From positions 2,610,001 to 2,642,000 of the forward strand of contig NC_008312.1 in the NCBI RefSeq assembly GCF_000014265.1: a stretch of 32,000 nucleotides of DNA, written 5' to 3'. The translations under genes were made by a program, and so were the position numbers. Each line of letters begins with the position of its first letter. The stretch's first letter is position 1. The notes under the pieces are model-generated. The model did no database searches. It was not told where the DNA came from and saw nothing but the letters and a program-made list of their open reading frames with translations. Shown in pieces: positions 10,150 to 20,100 of this stretch. This DNA is from Trichodesmium erythraeum IMS101. GTDB lineage: Bacteria > Cyanobacteriota > Cyanobacteriia > Cyanobacteriales > Microcoleaceae.

Positions 10150-11231
10150 GATAATAAATTTTTATAATCTACTAAAATATATTTTTCAATAATAAATAGG
10201 AGTTATGCAGCCAAAGAATAAATCTGGTTTATTACCTTAATTATTATTTTTTACTTACCAAATTTTGTTGAGCGGTACAAACCATTAAATTATTTGTAGA
10301 GAATAAGAAATAATTATTTCTTCAAGTAATTGGATTAATTAATCTAGTAAAACATAGAGATGAATTATTGAACTTATTATCAGTTATTTTCCTAGAAAAG
10401 TTACCATAAATGATGAATCAGGAGTCATAATGTCCATCAAAAAAAATTATAGATTTCCTAACCGCAGGGGCCTTCTACTGAGGAAATGGAGGGAGTGGAT
10501 AGGGAATGTTGTAAAAAGGTATCCGTACAAGAAAAAAATCAACATTAATCAGCATAAAAGCACAGAAAGAAGTTATTAGTAGAAGAAAAATTATCATACA
10601 TTTTACTTTAATTTTGAGTAAATGGGATAATTCATTATAATCTCAAATTAATTAGAATTGTCATGAACAAAAAATTCTAGCTTTAGTTTCGCGATCGCTC
10701 TAGCAAAACTAGGTAAATAGATTCAAAAACTCCAAGATAACTACTATTAAAATATAATAGAATTTGGGGGAATAATCTATAACAATTATTTAATCTATAA
10801 GGTAAAGCTTTAAATTCCCGTGGCACTCGCAAAAAGGGAAGAGCTAACAAAAATCTCTATTTTTACTTGAAAGATAATAGGGGATAGTAAATATACCATA
10901 AAATTTGGGAAATTGTAATAGTTAATCCTGTTATTAAATTATAAATTTTACAGAAGGCTCAAAATATTTGGTTAAATCAAACTTGGCACAATCAAAATTC
11001 TTAACAATTAACTATTTTTAAGTATTATTTAAGATAATTGCCAAATTTAATAAGGTCAGAAAAATCCCCATTAAATTCCCCCAAGTCATTATGGTTCCAG
11101 AATCCTAACTCCTGACTATTGTTAATATTTAGTTATATTTAGTTAATTGCCGAAATTAACTTAATAAGGTTAAAGTTAGGCTGAGTTTATTTAAACTAAT
11201 ATTTAATCCTAATGTGAGGAGTTAATAATTA

Positions 11232-12833
11232 ATGCGAGTCCTATTAATTTATCCCCTATTTCCCAAATCTTTCTGGTCTTTTGAAAAAATTCTAGAATTG
11301 ATAAATCGCAAAGTAATGCTACCTCCTTTAGGGTTAGTAACAGTAGCAGCTATCTTACCCCAAGAATGGGAATATAAATTAGTTGATAGAAATGTGAGGT
11401 CAGTTACAGAAGCAGAATGGGAATGGGCAGATTTAGTCATACTCTCAGCGATGATTGTCCAAAAAGAAGACTTACATGACCAAATTCGAGAGGCAAAACG
11501 ACGGCATAAATTAGTAGCTTGTGGTGGCCCATATCCCACAGCTTTACCCCAAGAACAACTGGACAGTGGTGTAGATTTTCTGATTTTGGATGAAGGGGAA
11601 ATTACCTTGCCAATGTTTGTGGATGCTATCAAGAATGGGGAAACTAAAGGCATTTTCCGTGCAGATGGGAATAAACCGGACGTGACAACAACTCCTCTTC
11701 CTAGATTCGATTTATTAGAAATGAAATATTATGAATCTATGTCGGTTCAATTTTCCCGTGGTTGTCCGTTCCAATGTGAATTTTGCGATATTATTGTTTT
11801 GTATGGTCGCAAACCTCGTACCAAAACGCCAGCACAATTATTAGCAGAGTTAGATTGTTTATACGATTTAGGATGGCGCGGTTCTCTATTTATGGTGGAT
11901 GACAACTTTATTGGCAACAAGCGTAATGTTAAGTTGTTGCTCAAAGAATTAAAAGTTTGGCAAGCAGAACATCAATATCCATTTAAAATAACTACCGAAG
12001 CTTCCGTTAACTTAGCAGAAGATCCAGAATTAATGCAGTTAATGGTAGATTCTAATCTTAGAGCAGTATTTTTGGGAATAGAAACTCCTGATGAAGATAG
12101 TTTAGAGTTAACCCATAAATATCAAAATAATCGTAACCCTCTCAATGAAGCAGTAGAGAAAATTATTAAATCTGGTATCAGAGTAATGGCAGGGTTTATT
12201 ATCGGTTTCGATGGAGAAAAACCAGGAGCAGGCGATCGCATCGTTAAATTTGTGGAAGAGACGACTATTCCCACTGCCATGTTTAGTATGTTGCAAGTCT
12301 TACCAAATACAGCACTTTGGCATCGTCTCAAAAAGGAAGGTCGGCTTTTAGATAAAGGTGCTAATATTAATCAAGTAACGCTGACAAATTTTATCCCCAC
12401 CAGACCAATAGAAGATATTGCAAGAGAATATGTAGAAGCATTCTGGCAGTTGTACGACCATGAAAAGTTTTTAGATCGAACTTATCGGCATTTTCTTATA
12501 ATGGGAAGTCCCACTGCTAAAAGTATTGCAAAAATGCCAAGTTGGATGGAGTTGCGAGCATTGTTGATTATTTGTTGGCGACAGGGAATAAAACGGAAAA
12601 CTCGTTGGAAGTTTTGGCATCATTTGTGGAGTATCAGAAAACATAATCCTAGTATTTTGCCACGTTATATTAGTACCTGCGCTCATATAGAACATTTTTA
12701 TGAGTATCGCAATATTGTTAGAGAAAATATTGAGGTGCAGTTAGCTGAATATTTAGCTAAGAATAAGCAGTTAAATATAATTAAGGAAAAAGTTAACACT
12801 CAAAATCAAAAAACAACAGAAGAAGTAGCTTAA
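11232..12833 (+). CDS. B12-binding domain-containing radical SAM protein with a DUF4070-type C-terminus
   Basis: The N-terminal region looks like a cobalamin-binding Rossmann fold (MRVLLIYP...LGLVTVAAILP). The radical SAM cluster motif is FSRGCPFQCEFCDI (CxxxCxxC). A long helical C-terminal extension follows. Confidence 0.85.
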   Translation: MRVLLIYPLFPKSFWSFEKILELINRKVMLPPLGLVTVAAILPQEWEYKLVDRNVRSVTEAEWEWADLVILSAMIVQKEDLHDQIREAKRRHKLVACGGPYPTALPQEQLDSGVDFLILDEGEITLPMFVDAIKNGETKGIFRADGNKPDVTTTPLPRFDLLEMKYYESMSVQFSRGCPFQCEFCDIIVLYGRKPRTKTPAQLLAELDCLYDLGWRGSLFMVDDNFIGNKRNVKLLLKELKVWQAEHQYPFKITTEASVNLAEDPELMQLMVDSNLRAVFLGIETPDEDSLELTHKYQNNRNPLNEAVEKIIKSGIRVMAGFIIGFDGEKPGAGDRIVKFVEETTIPTAMFSMLQVLPNTALWHRLKKEGRLLDKGANINQVTLTNFIPTRPIEDIAREYVEAFWQLYDHEKFLDRTYRHFLIMGSPTAKSIAKMPSWMELRALLIICWRQGIKRKTRWKFWHHLWSIRKHNPSILPRYISTCAHIEHFYEYRNIVRENIEVQLAEYLAKNKQLNIIKEKVNTQNQKTTEEVA

Positions 12834-13262
12834 TACAGAAAAAAAAGTATTTACATGAAGTTTTTGGCAACCTCCTTATAAATTCTGTATGTATAGTATG
12901 TATTAAGCTGGAAAATACTGGGCGTTGCTAAAACATTTGTCATGATTTTTACATTACAGTGCTTTTGAAATTGATCAACCAAATTCTTACAACCAAAGCT
13001 TTATAGGGATTAATTATTACAGTTAGTCCTTATTGTGGTCTATTAATTATGAAAGCAACTAACTATAGGGTTATATAGCGGTTACTACTTAATGGGATGT
13101 ACTAAAAGCTTTAATGAACAAGCTTTTTAGCTTAAAATATGTACTTCACTCTTTAAGGAAATGCTATACTGTTTCACAAAAGTTAAAAGTCATACATTCA
13201 AAGGTCATCTATTAAGATTTGATCGCCGAAAACACTGATAATTGAAATGACTCCTCTTAACC

Positions 13263-14444
13263 TTGCTGAATATGTATCTGAAACATTTACATTTACGACA
13301 GTTTAGAAACTATCGAGACCAGCAAGTTAAATTTGATGGTGCTAAAACAATTTTGCTTGGAGATAATGCTCAAGGCAAATCTAATTTACTAGAGTCAGTT
13401 GAGTTACTTTCTACTCTTAAGTCTCACCGAGCAATTCGCGATCGCGATTTAATTCTAGATAGTAAACAAGCAAGTAAAATTCAAGCATCTTTAGAAAGAC
13501 AACTGGGAAATATTGACTTGGCTCTAACTCTGCGGAGTCAAGGTAAACGCACTGTAGCAGTTAACGGAGAAACTATTAGTCGCCATTTAGATTTTTTAAG
13601 TATTTTGAATGTAGTTCATTTTTCTAGTCTAGATTTAGATTTAGTTAGAGGTGGGCCAGAAGTACGGCGCTATTGGTTAGATAGACTTTTGGTACAACTA
13701 GAACCTGTCTATGCTCACATTCTGCTACAGTATAATCAAGTTCTCCGTCAGCGAAATGCTCTGTTAAAGAAAATTCGCCAACAAAAGATGGCTGCAGAAA
13801 CTACTGGTTCATCACCTTCTATTCTGACTCAGGAGTTGGCCTTGTGGGATGCTCAGTTGGCAACTACTGGGTCTCGAGTGATTCGACGACGACAGCGACT
13901 TTTGCAGAAGTTGGCACCTCTAGCTGGTGAGTGGCATTGTGCTATTAGTGGGAGTATGGAAGTTTTCAAAATGGAATATTTAGCAAATGTAATTGTTGAT
14001 AGTAACGAGTTAATTATTCAGGATAGTTTGGAAGGAGTACGTCAAGCTTTTTTGGAGAAAATTAAAGTCCGGGCGATCGCTGAACAATATCAAGGTACTA
14101 CGGTGGTAGGTCCTCATCGGGATGATGTAATTTTTACTATTAATGATACTCCCGCACGACAATATGGTTCTCAGGGTCAGCAGCGCACTTTGGTGTTAGC
14201 TTTGAAGTTGGCTGAATTACAACTTATTGAAGAAGTGGTGCAGGAACCACCTTTGTTGTTGTTGGATGATGTTTTGGCAGAGTTAGATCTCCATCGCCAA
14301 AATCAGTTGTTAGAAGCAATTAGTAATCGTTTTCAAACTTTGATTACTACTACTCATTTGGGGTGTTTTGATGGTCAGTGGTTACAGGATACTCAAATTC
14401 TTTCGGTCAAGTCGGGAAATATTAGTTCTTTTTTAGATTTTTAG
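13263..14444 (+). CDS. recF: DNA replication and repair protein RecF
   Basis: The sequence reads MYLKHLHLRQFRNY...GDNAQGKSNLLESVELL (Walker A) ... LLLLDDVLAELD (Walker B). The ATG at 13272 is the more likely start than the TTG at 13263. Confidence 0.9.
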   Translation: MLNMYLKHLHLRQFRNYRDQQVKFDGAKTILLGDNAQGKSNLLESVELLSTLKSHRAIRDRDLILDSKQASKIQASLERQLGNIDLALTLRSQGKRTVAVNGETISRHLDFLSILNVVHFSSLDLDLVRGGPEVRRYWLDRLLVQLEPVYAHILLQYNQVLRQRNALLKKIRQQKMAAETTGSSPSILTQELALWDAQLATTGSRVIRRRQRLLQKLAPLAGEWHCAISGSMEVFKMEYLANVIVDSNELIIQDSLEGVRQAFLEKIKVRAIAEQYQGTTVVGPHRDDVIFTINDTPARQYGSQGQQRTLVLALKLAELQLIEEVVQEPPLLLLDDVLAELDLHRQNQLLEAISNRFQTLITTTHLGCFDGQWLQDTQILSVKSGNISSFLDF

Positions 14445-14574
14445 GTTTTTTAGATTAAATCTGGTACTATTGATATGAATTAGATAATTAATTAGGAGTT
14501 AGTACTTATAAATCAAAAGTTAGGAGCCAGAAAAGTCTGGGAATATTGAGCCATCAGCAAATATTCAACATTTC

Positions 14575-14605
14575 TTGACGCCTAATTAAGTGGGTTTGAT
14601 ATAAT
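14575..14605 (+). promoter_or_regulatory. Putative sigma70-type promoter with an extended -10 element
   Basis: TTGACG lies at 14575-14580 and TGaTATAAT at 14597-14605. The 19-nt spacer is long. It sits about 270 nt upstream of ORF 14876. Confidence 0.25.
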
Positions 14606-14875
14606 ATAAAATACTTTAACGTTCCTCATCAAAGATTAATACTATTTTGGGTAAAATGAGGAAATGATTAAGTTCATCTCTAAGTACATTTTTTCTTTTG
14701 ATATATATTTATATGAAATTTTGGTGTTTGTCCTGAAGTAATATAGCAGTAAATGAACTAATAAAAAATAGTAAGTAAAGGAGGATCTAAATACTAGCTA
14801 TAAAAGCTACAGTATCTCAAAAAAAAGTTCTTATGAAGGTTAAGTATATTTTTTTTATCTACTAATTACATAATT

Positions 14876-15889
14876 ATGGGGAATATTTCAGATTTAGAAG
14901 CAAATATATCACAAATGCAGCAGTTACTAAACGCTGCACAAAATGATATCCAAAAGAAAACTTTTGAAGAAATTATTAATAGATTATCTCAGGAATTAGA
15001 AAAGGAAAAGTCTAAATTAAATTATTCTAAAGTCAAGACTATAGAAGTAGATAAACCTTTAGAAGGAAAGGTGAAGAAAAAAATCATTCAACTGGGAAAA
15101 CATGAAAGTAAAAAAAATCAAAATTTAAAGCTTAAATGTGACTCTAAAATTGAAGAAAAATCACAGCTTGAAACAGAAGAAATATTATACAATAATGAGG
15201 AGGAAAGTCTACCTCCAAAACAGGATTATCTTTTCCACGGTTTAGGGGTTTTGTATGGTAGAATAGTTAAACGATATGAGGATAATGATAATTATTATAA
15301 TGCAATTATTGATGATAAAACTTATCAGTTAATTATTATTAATCCTAGGGTTAGACATTTCATGAAAGTAGATTATAATCCAGAAAAAAATAGATATTTA
15401 ACTGTTTATCCTAATATAGTACATTATCCTCAACCTAGAGGTGGGAGGAAGGAGCCGAAAGTTAGTTTTACTATTATTGCTGCTAATGATTTCCCTACCT
15501 TAGATCTAGAACCTAATGAGTTTAGATTATTTGGATTATGGCAGTTTATCGCTGTGTCAAGATGTCCTGTAATAAGTATTCATAGAAATAGGAAAAATGA
15601 TGGAAGCGATCGCGTATCAGTTATCAAGGAAAGGTTTAAGAATAATGATAAATTACATAAGAATTTAACTAGGGCTAATCATGTTCCTTTATTATGGAGA
15701 GACTCTCCTGTTAAACCTTTTAAGTTTAATCCTAGATTTGATAAGGATAAACAAGGCGATCGCTACTTTTGCAAAATAAAGGCTAAATTTCTGGCATATA
15801 GAGGTGTTTGGGGTTTCCAAGAATTACTTGTAGAACCTACTCTTGATATTCCCAAATTTTATAAGCCTATTAAAATAGCTTTCTCTTAA
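14876..15889 (+). CDS. Hypothetical protein with a Lys/Glu-rich coiled-coil-like N-terminus and an unrecognised C-terminal domain
   Basis: This is a long uninterrupted ORF in an otherwise stop-rich AT-rich region. I recognise no family motif. Confidence 0.55.
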   Translation: MGNISDLEANISQMQQLLNAAQNDIQKKTFEEIINRLSQELEKEKSKLNYSKVKTIEVDKPLEGKVKKKIIQLGKHESKKNQNLKLKCDSKIEEKSQLETEEILYNNEEESLPPKQDYLFHGLGVLYGRIVKRYEDNDNYYNAIIDDKTYQLIIINPRVRHFMKVDYNPEKNRYLTVYPNIVHYPQPRGGRKEPKVSFTIIAANDFPTLDLEPNEFRLFGLWQFIAVSRCPVISIHRNRKNDGSDRVSVIKERFKNNDKLHKNLTRANHVPLLWRDSPVKPFKFNPRFDKDKQGDRYFCKIKAKFLAYRGVWGFQELLVEPTLDIPKFYKPIKIAFS

Positions 15890-16199
15890 AATTAAAGGGG
15901 CAAATATTACAAAGACTCCTCAAAAGTTGACAGCTAGAGATTAAAAGTCTATTAGTAATATCTGACTAAGTTTTAGAGTGTAGCTATGCCAATTATAAAT
16001 AATTAAAAAGTTCTCTTAACAAAGAACAGTTATGTTTATTCTTAACTGACTATTAGGACTAACTCATTTGTTAAGTTTTAGTAGGTTTGCTGTTAGAAAA
16101 CAAAAATAAAAAATGATTGAAGTCAAAGGTAATAGAGAAAAACCAGGATAAAAATTAATGTCTTTAGTAGTAAGCCACTATCAATTTGTTAATTTTTAA

Positions 16200-16262
16200 C
16201 CTAAGGCCTAAAACCTAAAACTTAAAGTCTAACACCCAAAACCTAATACCTAAAACGCAAGA
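16200..16262. repeat. Short inverted-orientation copy of the heptamer repeat family (C-rich strand on plus)
   Basis: CCTAAAACCTAAAACTTAAAGTCTAACACCCAAAACCTAATACCTAAAAC is the reverse complement of the GGTTTTAGG / GGTGTTAG units in the main array. Confidence 0.8.
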
Positions 16263-16278
16263 GATAGCTTCCAAAAAA

Positions 16279-16460
16279 TTCAGATCATCTATTTGAGAAA
16301 TATCCGATAATAGCCTGACATATTTATCAGCAAATTTGAGTTTTCATCCTATTTCAATTGCTAATAATAATGTCTGTTGAATTTGAACGTTTTTTTTGGA
16401 CATCTTCAGAATCTTTGTGGGATATCTCAGCATTCTTTTGGGATATCTCCAGACTTTTTT
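16279..16460 (+). repeat. Left copy of a dispersed repeat of about 140-180 bp that flanks the Uma2 remnant
   Basis: TTCAGATCATCTATTTGAGAAATATCCGATAATAGCCTGACATATT...GGGATATCTCCAGAC is about 75-80 percent identical by eye to 16979-17117. It has an internal duplication of GGGATATCTC. Confidence 0.7.
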
Positions 16461-16589
16461 TCTCCTGCTATTTCATCTCCTTTTTTAATTACATTTCCCG
16501 GCTTATCCCAGCAACCCAACTATTTACCATTTAGATTTTTAAAGAGATTGTCCCATAGGGTTAATCCTAGATTAATATGGGCCAACTCA

Positions 16590-16930
16590 GTATTTTTTTT
16601 ATTTATTTTGTGTCTACTTATAAAATACCACAAAGCCGAAATATTTGCAAGACATTTTGACTAAATTTTTTAATTGGTTATAGACAACATAATAAGAGGC
16701 CCGTAACTTTCTATAGTCTATTAATTTACTTCCTAATTCATTGCCTGGAGTGGGAGAAACTATTTCAATGACTAAGTCTGGTGGTTTGCCAAATTTCCAG
16801 AATAAATAAGAACGAATATTGCCTTTGGGCTATTCTTGAGTGCCAATAATATTTAAGCTGAAAAATACATCTGGGACTATTGCTGAGTCTCTTATATTGG
16901 AGAATAAACCTAATATAGTTTTCGTAATTT
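16590..16930 (-). pseudogene. Uma2-family (DUF820) endonuclease remnant with an in-frame stop
   Basis: Hand translation gives DSAIVPDVFFSLNIIGTQE*PKGNIRSYLFWKFGKPPDLVIEIVSPTPGNELGSKLIDYRKLRASYYVVYN. This carries the Uma2 signature PDv...P.lviEivSp...D...K...Y. Confidence 0.55.
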
Positions 16931-16978
16931 GTCTTTTGAAGAAATATGGGGAATTTGAGAAGCGATCGCCTCCAACTG

Positions 16979-17117
16979 TTTCAGATCATCTACTTGGGAA
17001 ATATCAGATAATAGCCCGACATATTCATCACCACACTAGAATTTCAATCCCATTTCAACTACTAACAATAATGCCTGTTTAATTTGAGTTTCTTTTTGGG
17101 ATATCTCCAGATTTTTT
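16979..17117 (+). repeat. Right copy of the dispersed repeat; it runs directly into the heptamer array
   Basis: TTCAGATCATCTACTTGGGAAATATCAGATAATAGCCCGACATATT...GGGATATCTCCAGATTTTTTGAGG. Its 3' end resembles the array punctuation ATTTTTTGAGG. Confidence 0.7.
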
Positions 17118-20100
17118 GAGGTTTTAGGTTTGAAGTTTTAAGTCTCAATTTTTTGAGGTTTTAGGTTTGAAGTTTGAAGTTTGAGGTCTCAATTTTTTTA
17201 GGTTTGAAGTTTGAGGTCTCAATTTTTTGAGGTTTGAGGTTTTAGGTTTTAGGTTTGAAGTTTGAGGTCTCATTTTTTTGAGGTTTTAGTTTTAGGTTTG
17301 AAGTTTTACGTCTCAATTTTTTGAGGTGTTAGGTGTTAGGTGTTAGGTTTTAGGTTTTAGGTTTGAAGTTTTAAGTCTCAATTTTTTGAGGTTTTAGGTT
17401 TTAGGCGTTAGGCGTTAGTTTTTAAGTTTGAGGTCTCAATTTTTTGAGGTTTTAGGTTTTAGGTGTTAGTTTTAGGTTTGAAGTTTTACGTCTCAATTTT
17501 TTGAGGTGTTAGTTTTAGGTTTGAAGTTTTAAGTCTCATTTTTTTGAGGTTTTAGGTGTTAGGTGTTAGGTGTTAGGTTTGAAGTTTGAGGTCTCAATTT
17601 TTTGAGGTGTTAGGTTTTAAGTTTTAAGTTTGAGGTCTCAATTTTTTGAGGTTTTAAGTTTTAAGTTTGAGGTCTCAATTTTTTAAGGTTTTACGTTTTA
17701 AGCTTGAGGTCTCAAGGTTTGAGGTTTTAAGTTTTAAGTCTCATTTTTTTGAGGTTTTAGGTTTGAAGTTTGAAGTTTGAGGTCTCATTTTTTTGAGGTT
17801 TTAGGTTTTAGGTTTGAGGTTTGAGGTTTGAAGTTTGAGGTCTCATTTTTTTGAGGTTTTAGTTTTAGGTTTTAAGTTTTACATCTAAATTTTTTGAGGT
17901 TTTAGTTTTAGGTTTGAAGTTTGAGGTCTCAATTTTTTGAGGTTTGAGGTTTGAGGTTTGAGGTTTTAGGTTTGAAGTTTTAAGTCTCAATTTTTTGAGG
18001 TTTGAGGTTTGAAGTTTGAAGTTTTAAGTCTCAATTTTTTGAGGTGTTAGGTTTTAAGTTTGAGGTTTGAGGTCTCAATTTTTTGAGGCTTTAGGTTTGA
18101 AGTTTTAAGTCTCAATTTTTTGAGGTTTTAGTTTTAGGTTTGAAGTTTTAGGTTTGAAGTTTGAGGTCTCATTTTTTTGAGGTGTTAGGTTTTAAGTTTG
18201 AAGTTTGAGGTCTCAATTTTTTGAGGTTTTAGGTTTGAAGTTTGAGGTCTCATTTTTTTGAGGTGTTAGGTTTTAATTTTGAAGTTTTAAGTCTCAATTT
18301 TTTGAGGCTTTAGGTTTGAAGTTTTAAGTCTCAATTTTTTGAGGTTTTAGGTGTTAGGTTTGAGGTTTGAGGTTTGAAGTTTGAGGTCTCATTTTTTTGA
18401 GGTTTTAGTTTTAGGTTTGAAGTTTGAGGTCTCAATTTTTTGAGGTTTTAGTTTTAGGTTTGAAGTTTTAAGTCTCAATTTTTTGAGGTTTTAGGTTTGA
18501 AGTTTGAGGTCTCAATTTTTTGAGGTTTGAGGTTTGAAGTTTGAGGTCTCATTTTTTTGAGGTTTTAGTTTTAGGTTTGAAGTTTTAAGTCTCAATTTTT
18601 TGAGGTTTGAGGTTTGAAGTTTGAAGTTTGAGGTCTCATTTTTTTGAGGTTTGAAGTTTGAAGTTTTAAGTCTCAATTTTTTGAGGCTTTAGGTTTGAAG
18701 TTTTAAGTCTCAATTTTTTGAGGTTTTAGGTGTTAGGTTTGAGGTTTGAGGTTTGAAGTTTGAGGTCTCATTTTTTTGAGGTTTTAGTTTTAGGTTTTAA
18801 GTTTTACATCTCAATTTTTTGAGGTTTTAGTTTTAGGTTTGAAGTTTGAGGTCTCATTTTTTTGAGGTTTGAGGTTTGAGGTTTGAGGTTTTAGGTTTGA
18901 AGTTTTAAGTCTCAATTTTTTGAGGTTTTAGGTTTGAAGTTTGAAGTTTTAAGTCTCAATTTTTTGAGGTGTTAGGTTTGAAGTTTGAGGTTTGAGGTCT
19001 CAATTTTTTGAGGCTTTAGGTTTGAAGTTTTAAGTCTCAATTTTTTCAGGTTTTAGGTGTTAGGTTTGAGGTTTTAGGTTTGAAGTTTGAGGTCTCATTT
19101 TTTTGAGGTTTTAGTTTTAGGTTTGAAGTTTTAAGTCTCAATTTTTTGAGGTGTTAGGTTTGAAGTTTGAGGTTTGAGGTCTCAATTTTTTGAGGTTTTA
19201 GGTTTGAAGTTTTAAGTCTCAATTTTTTCAGGTTTTAGGTGTTAGGTTTGAGGTTTGAGGTTTGAAGTTTGAGGTCTCATTTTTTTGAGGTTTTAGTTTT
19301 AGGTTTGAAGTTTTAAGTCTCAATTTTTTGAGGTTTTAGTTTTAGGTTTGAAGTTTTAAGTCTCAATTTTTTGAGGTTTTAGGTTTGAAGTTTGAGGTCT
19401 CAATTTTTTGAGGTTTTAGTTTTAGGTTTGAAGTTTTAGGTTTGAAGTTTTAAGTCTCAATTTTTTGAGGTCTCATTTTTTTGAGGTTTTAGGTTTGAAG
19501 TTTGAGGTCTCAATTTTTTGAGGTTTTAGTTTTAGGTTTTAAGTTTTACATCTCAATTTTTTGAGGTTTTAGTTTTAGGTTTCAAGTTTGAGGTCTCAAT
19601 TTTTTGAGGTTTTAAGTTTTAAGTTTGAGGTCTCAATTTTTTGAGGTTTTAGGTTTTAAGTTTGAGGTCTCAATTTTTTGATGTTTGAGTTTTAGGTTTG
19701 AAGTTTTAAGTCTCAATTTTTTGAGGTTTTAGGTGTTAGGTTTTAGGTTTTAGGTTTTAAGTTTGAGGTCTCATTTTTTTGAGGTTTTACGTTTTAAGCT
19801 TGAGGTTTTAGGTTTGAAGTTTGAGGTCTCATTTTTTTGAGGTTTTACGTTTTAAGCTTGAGGTCTCAAGGTTTGAGGTTTTAAGTTTTAAGTCTCATTT
19901 TTTTGAGGTTTTAGGTTTGAAGTTTGAAGTTTGAGGTCTCATTTTTTTGAGGTTTGAAGTTTGAAGTTTGAGGTCTCATTTTTTTGAGGTTTTAGTTTTA
20001 GGTTTTAAGTTTTACATCTCAATTTTTTGAGGTTTTAGTTTTAGGTTTGAAGTTTGAGGTCTCAATTTTTTGAGGTTTGAGGTTTGAGGTTTGAGGTTTT

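Noticed and set aside
10430-10579. 49-aa basic ORF (MSIKKNYRFPNRRGLLLRKWREWIGNVVKRYPYKKKINI...) in the 1.1-kb AT-rich spacer
   Set aside because: It has no clear RBS and no recognisable family, and its lysine-rich composition is expected by chance in A-rich DNA. The evidence is too thin to call a gene.
16377-17082. ORFs 16377..16664(+) and 16840..17082(+)
   Set aside because: They run through the dispersed repeat units and antisense to the Uma2 remnant. They have no motifs or RBS and are probably spurious.
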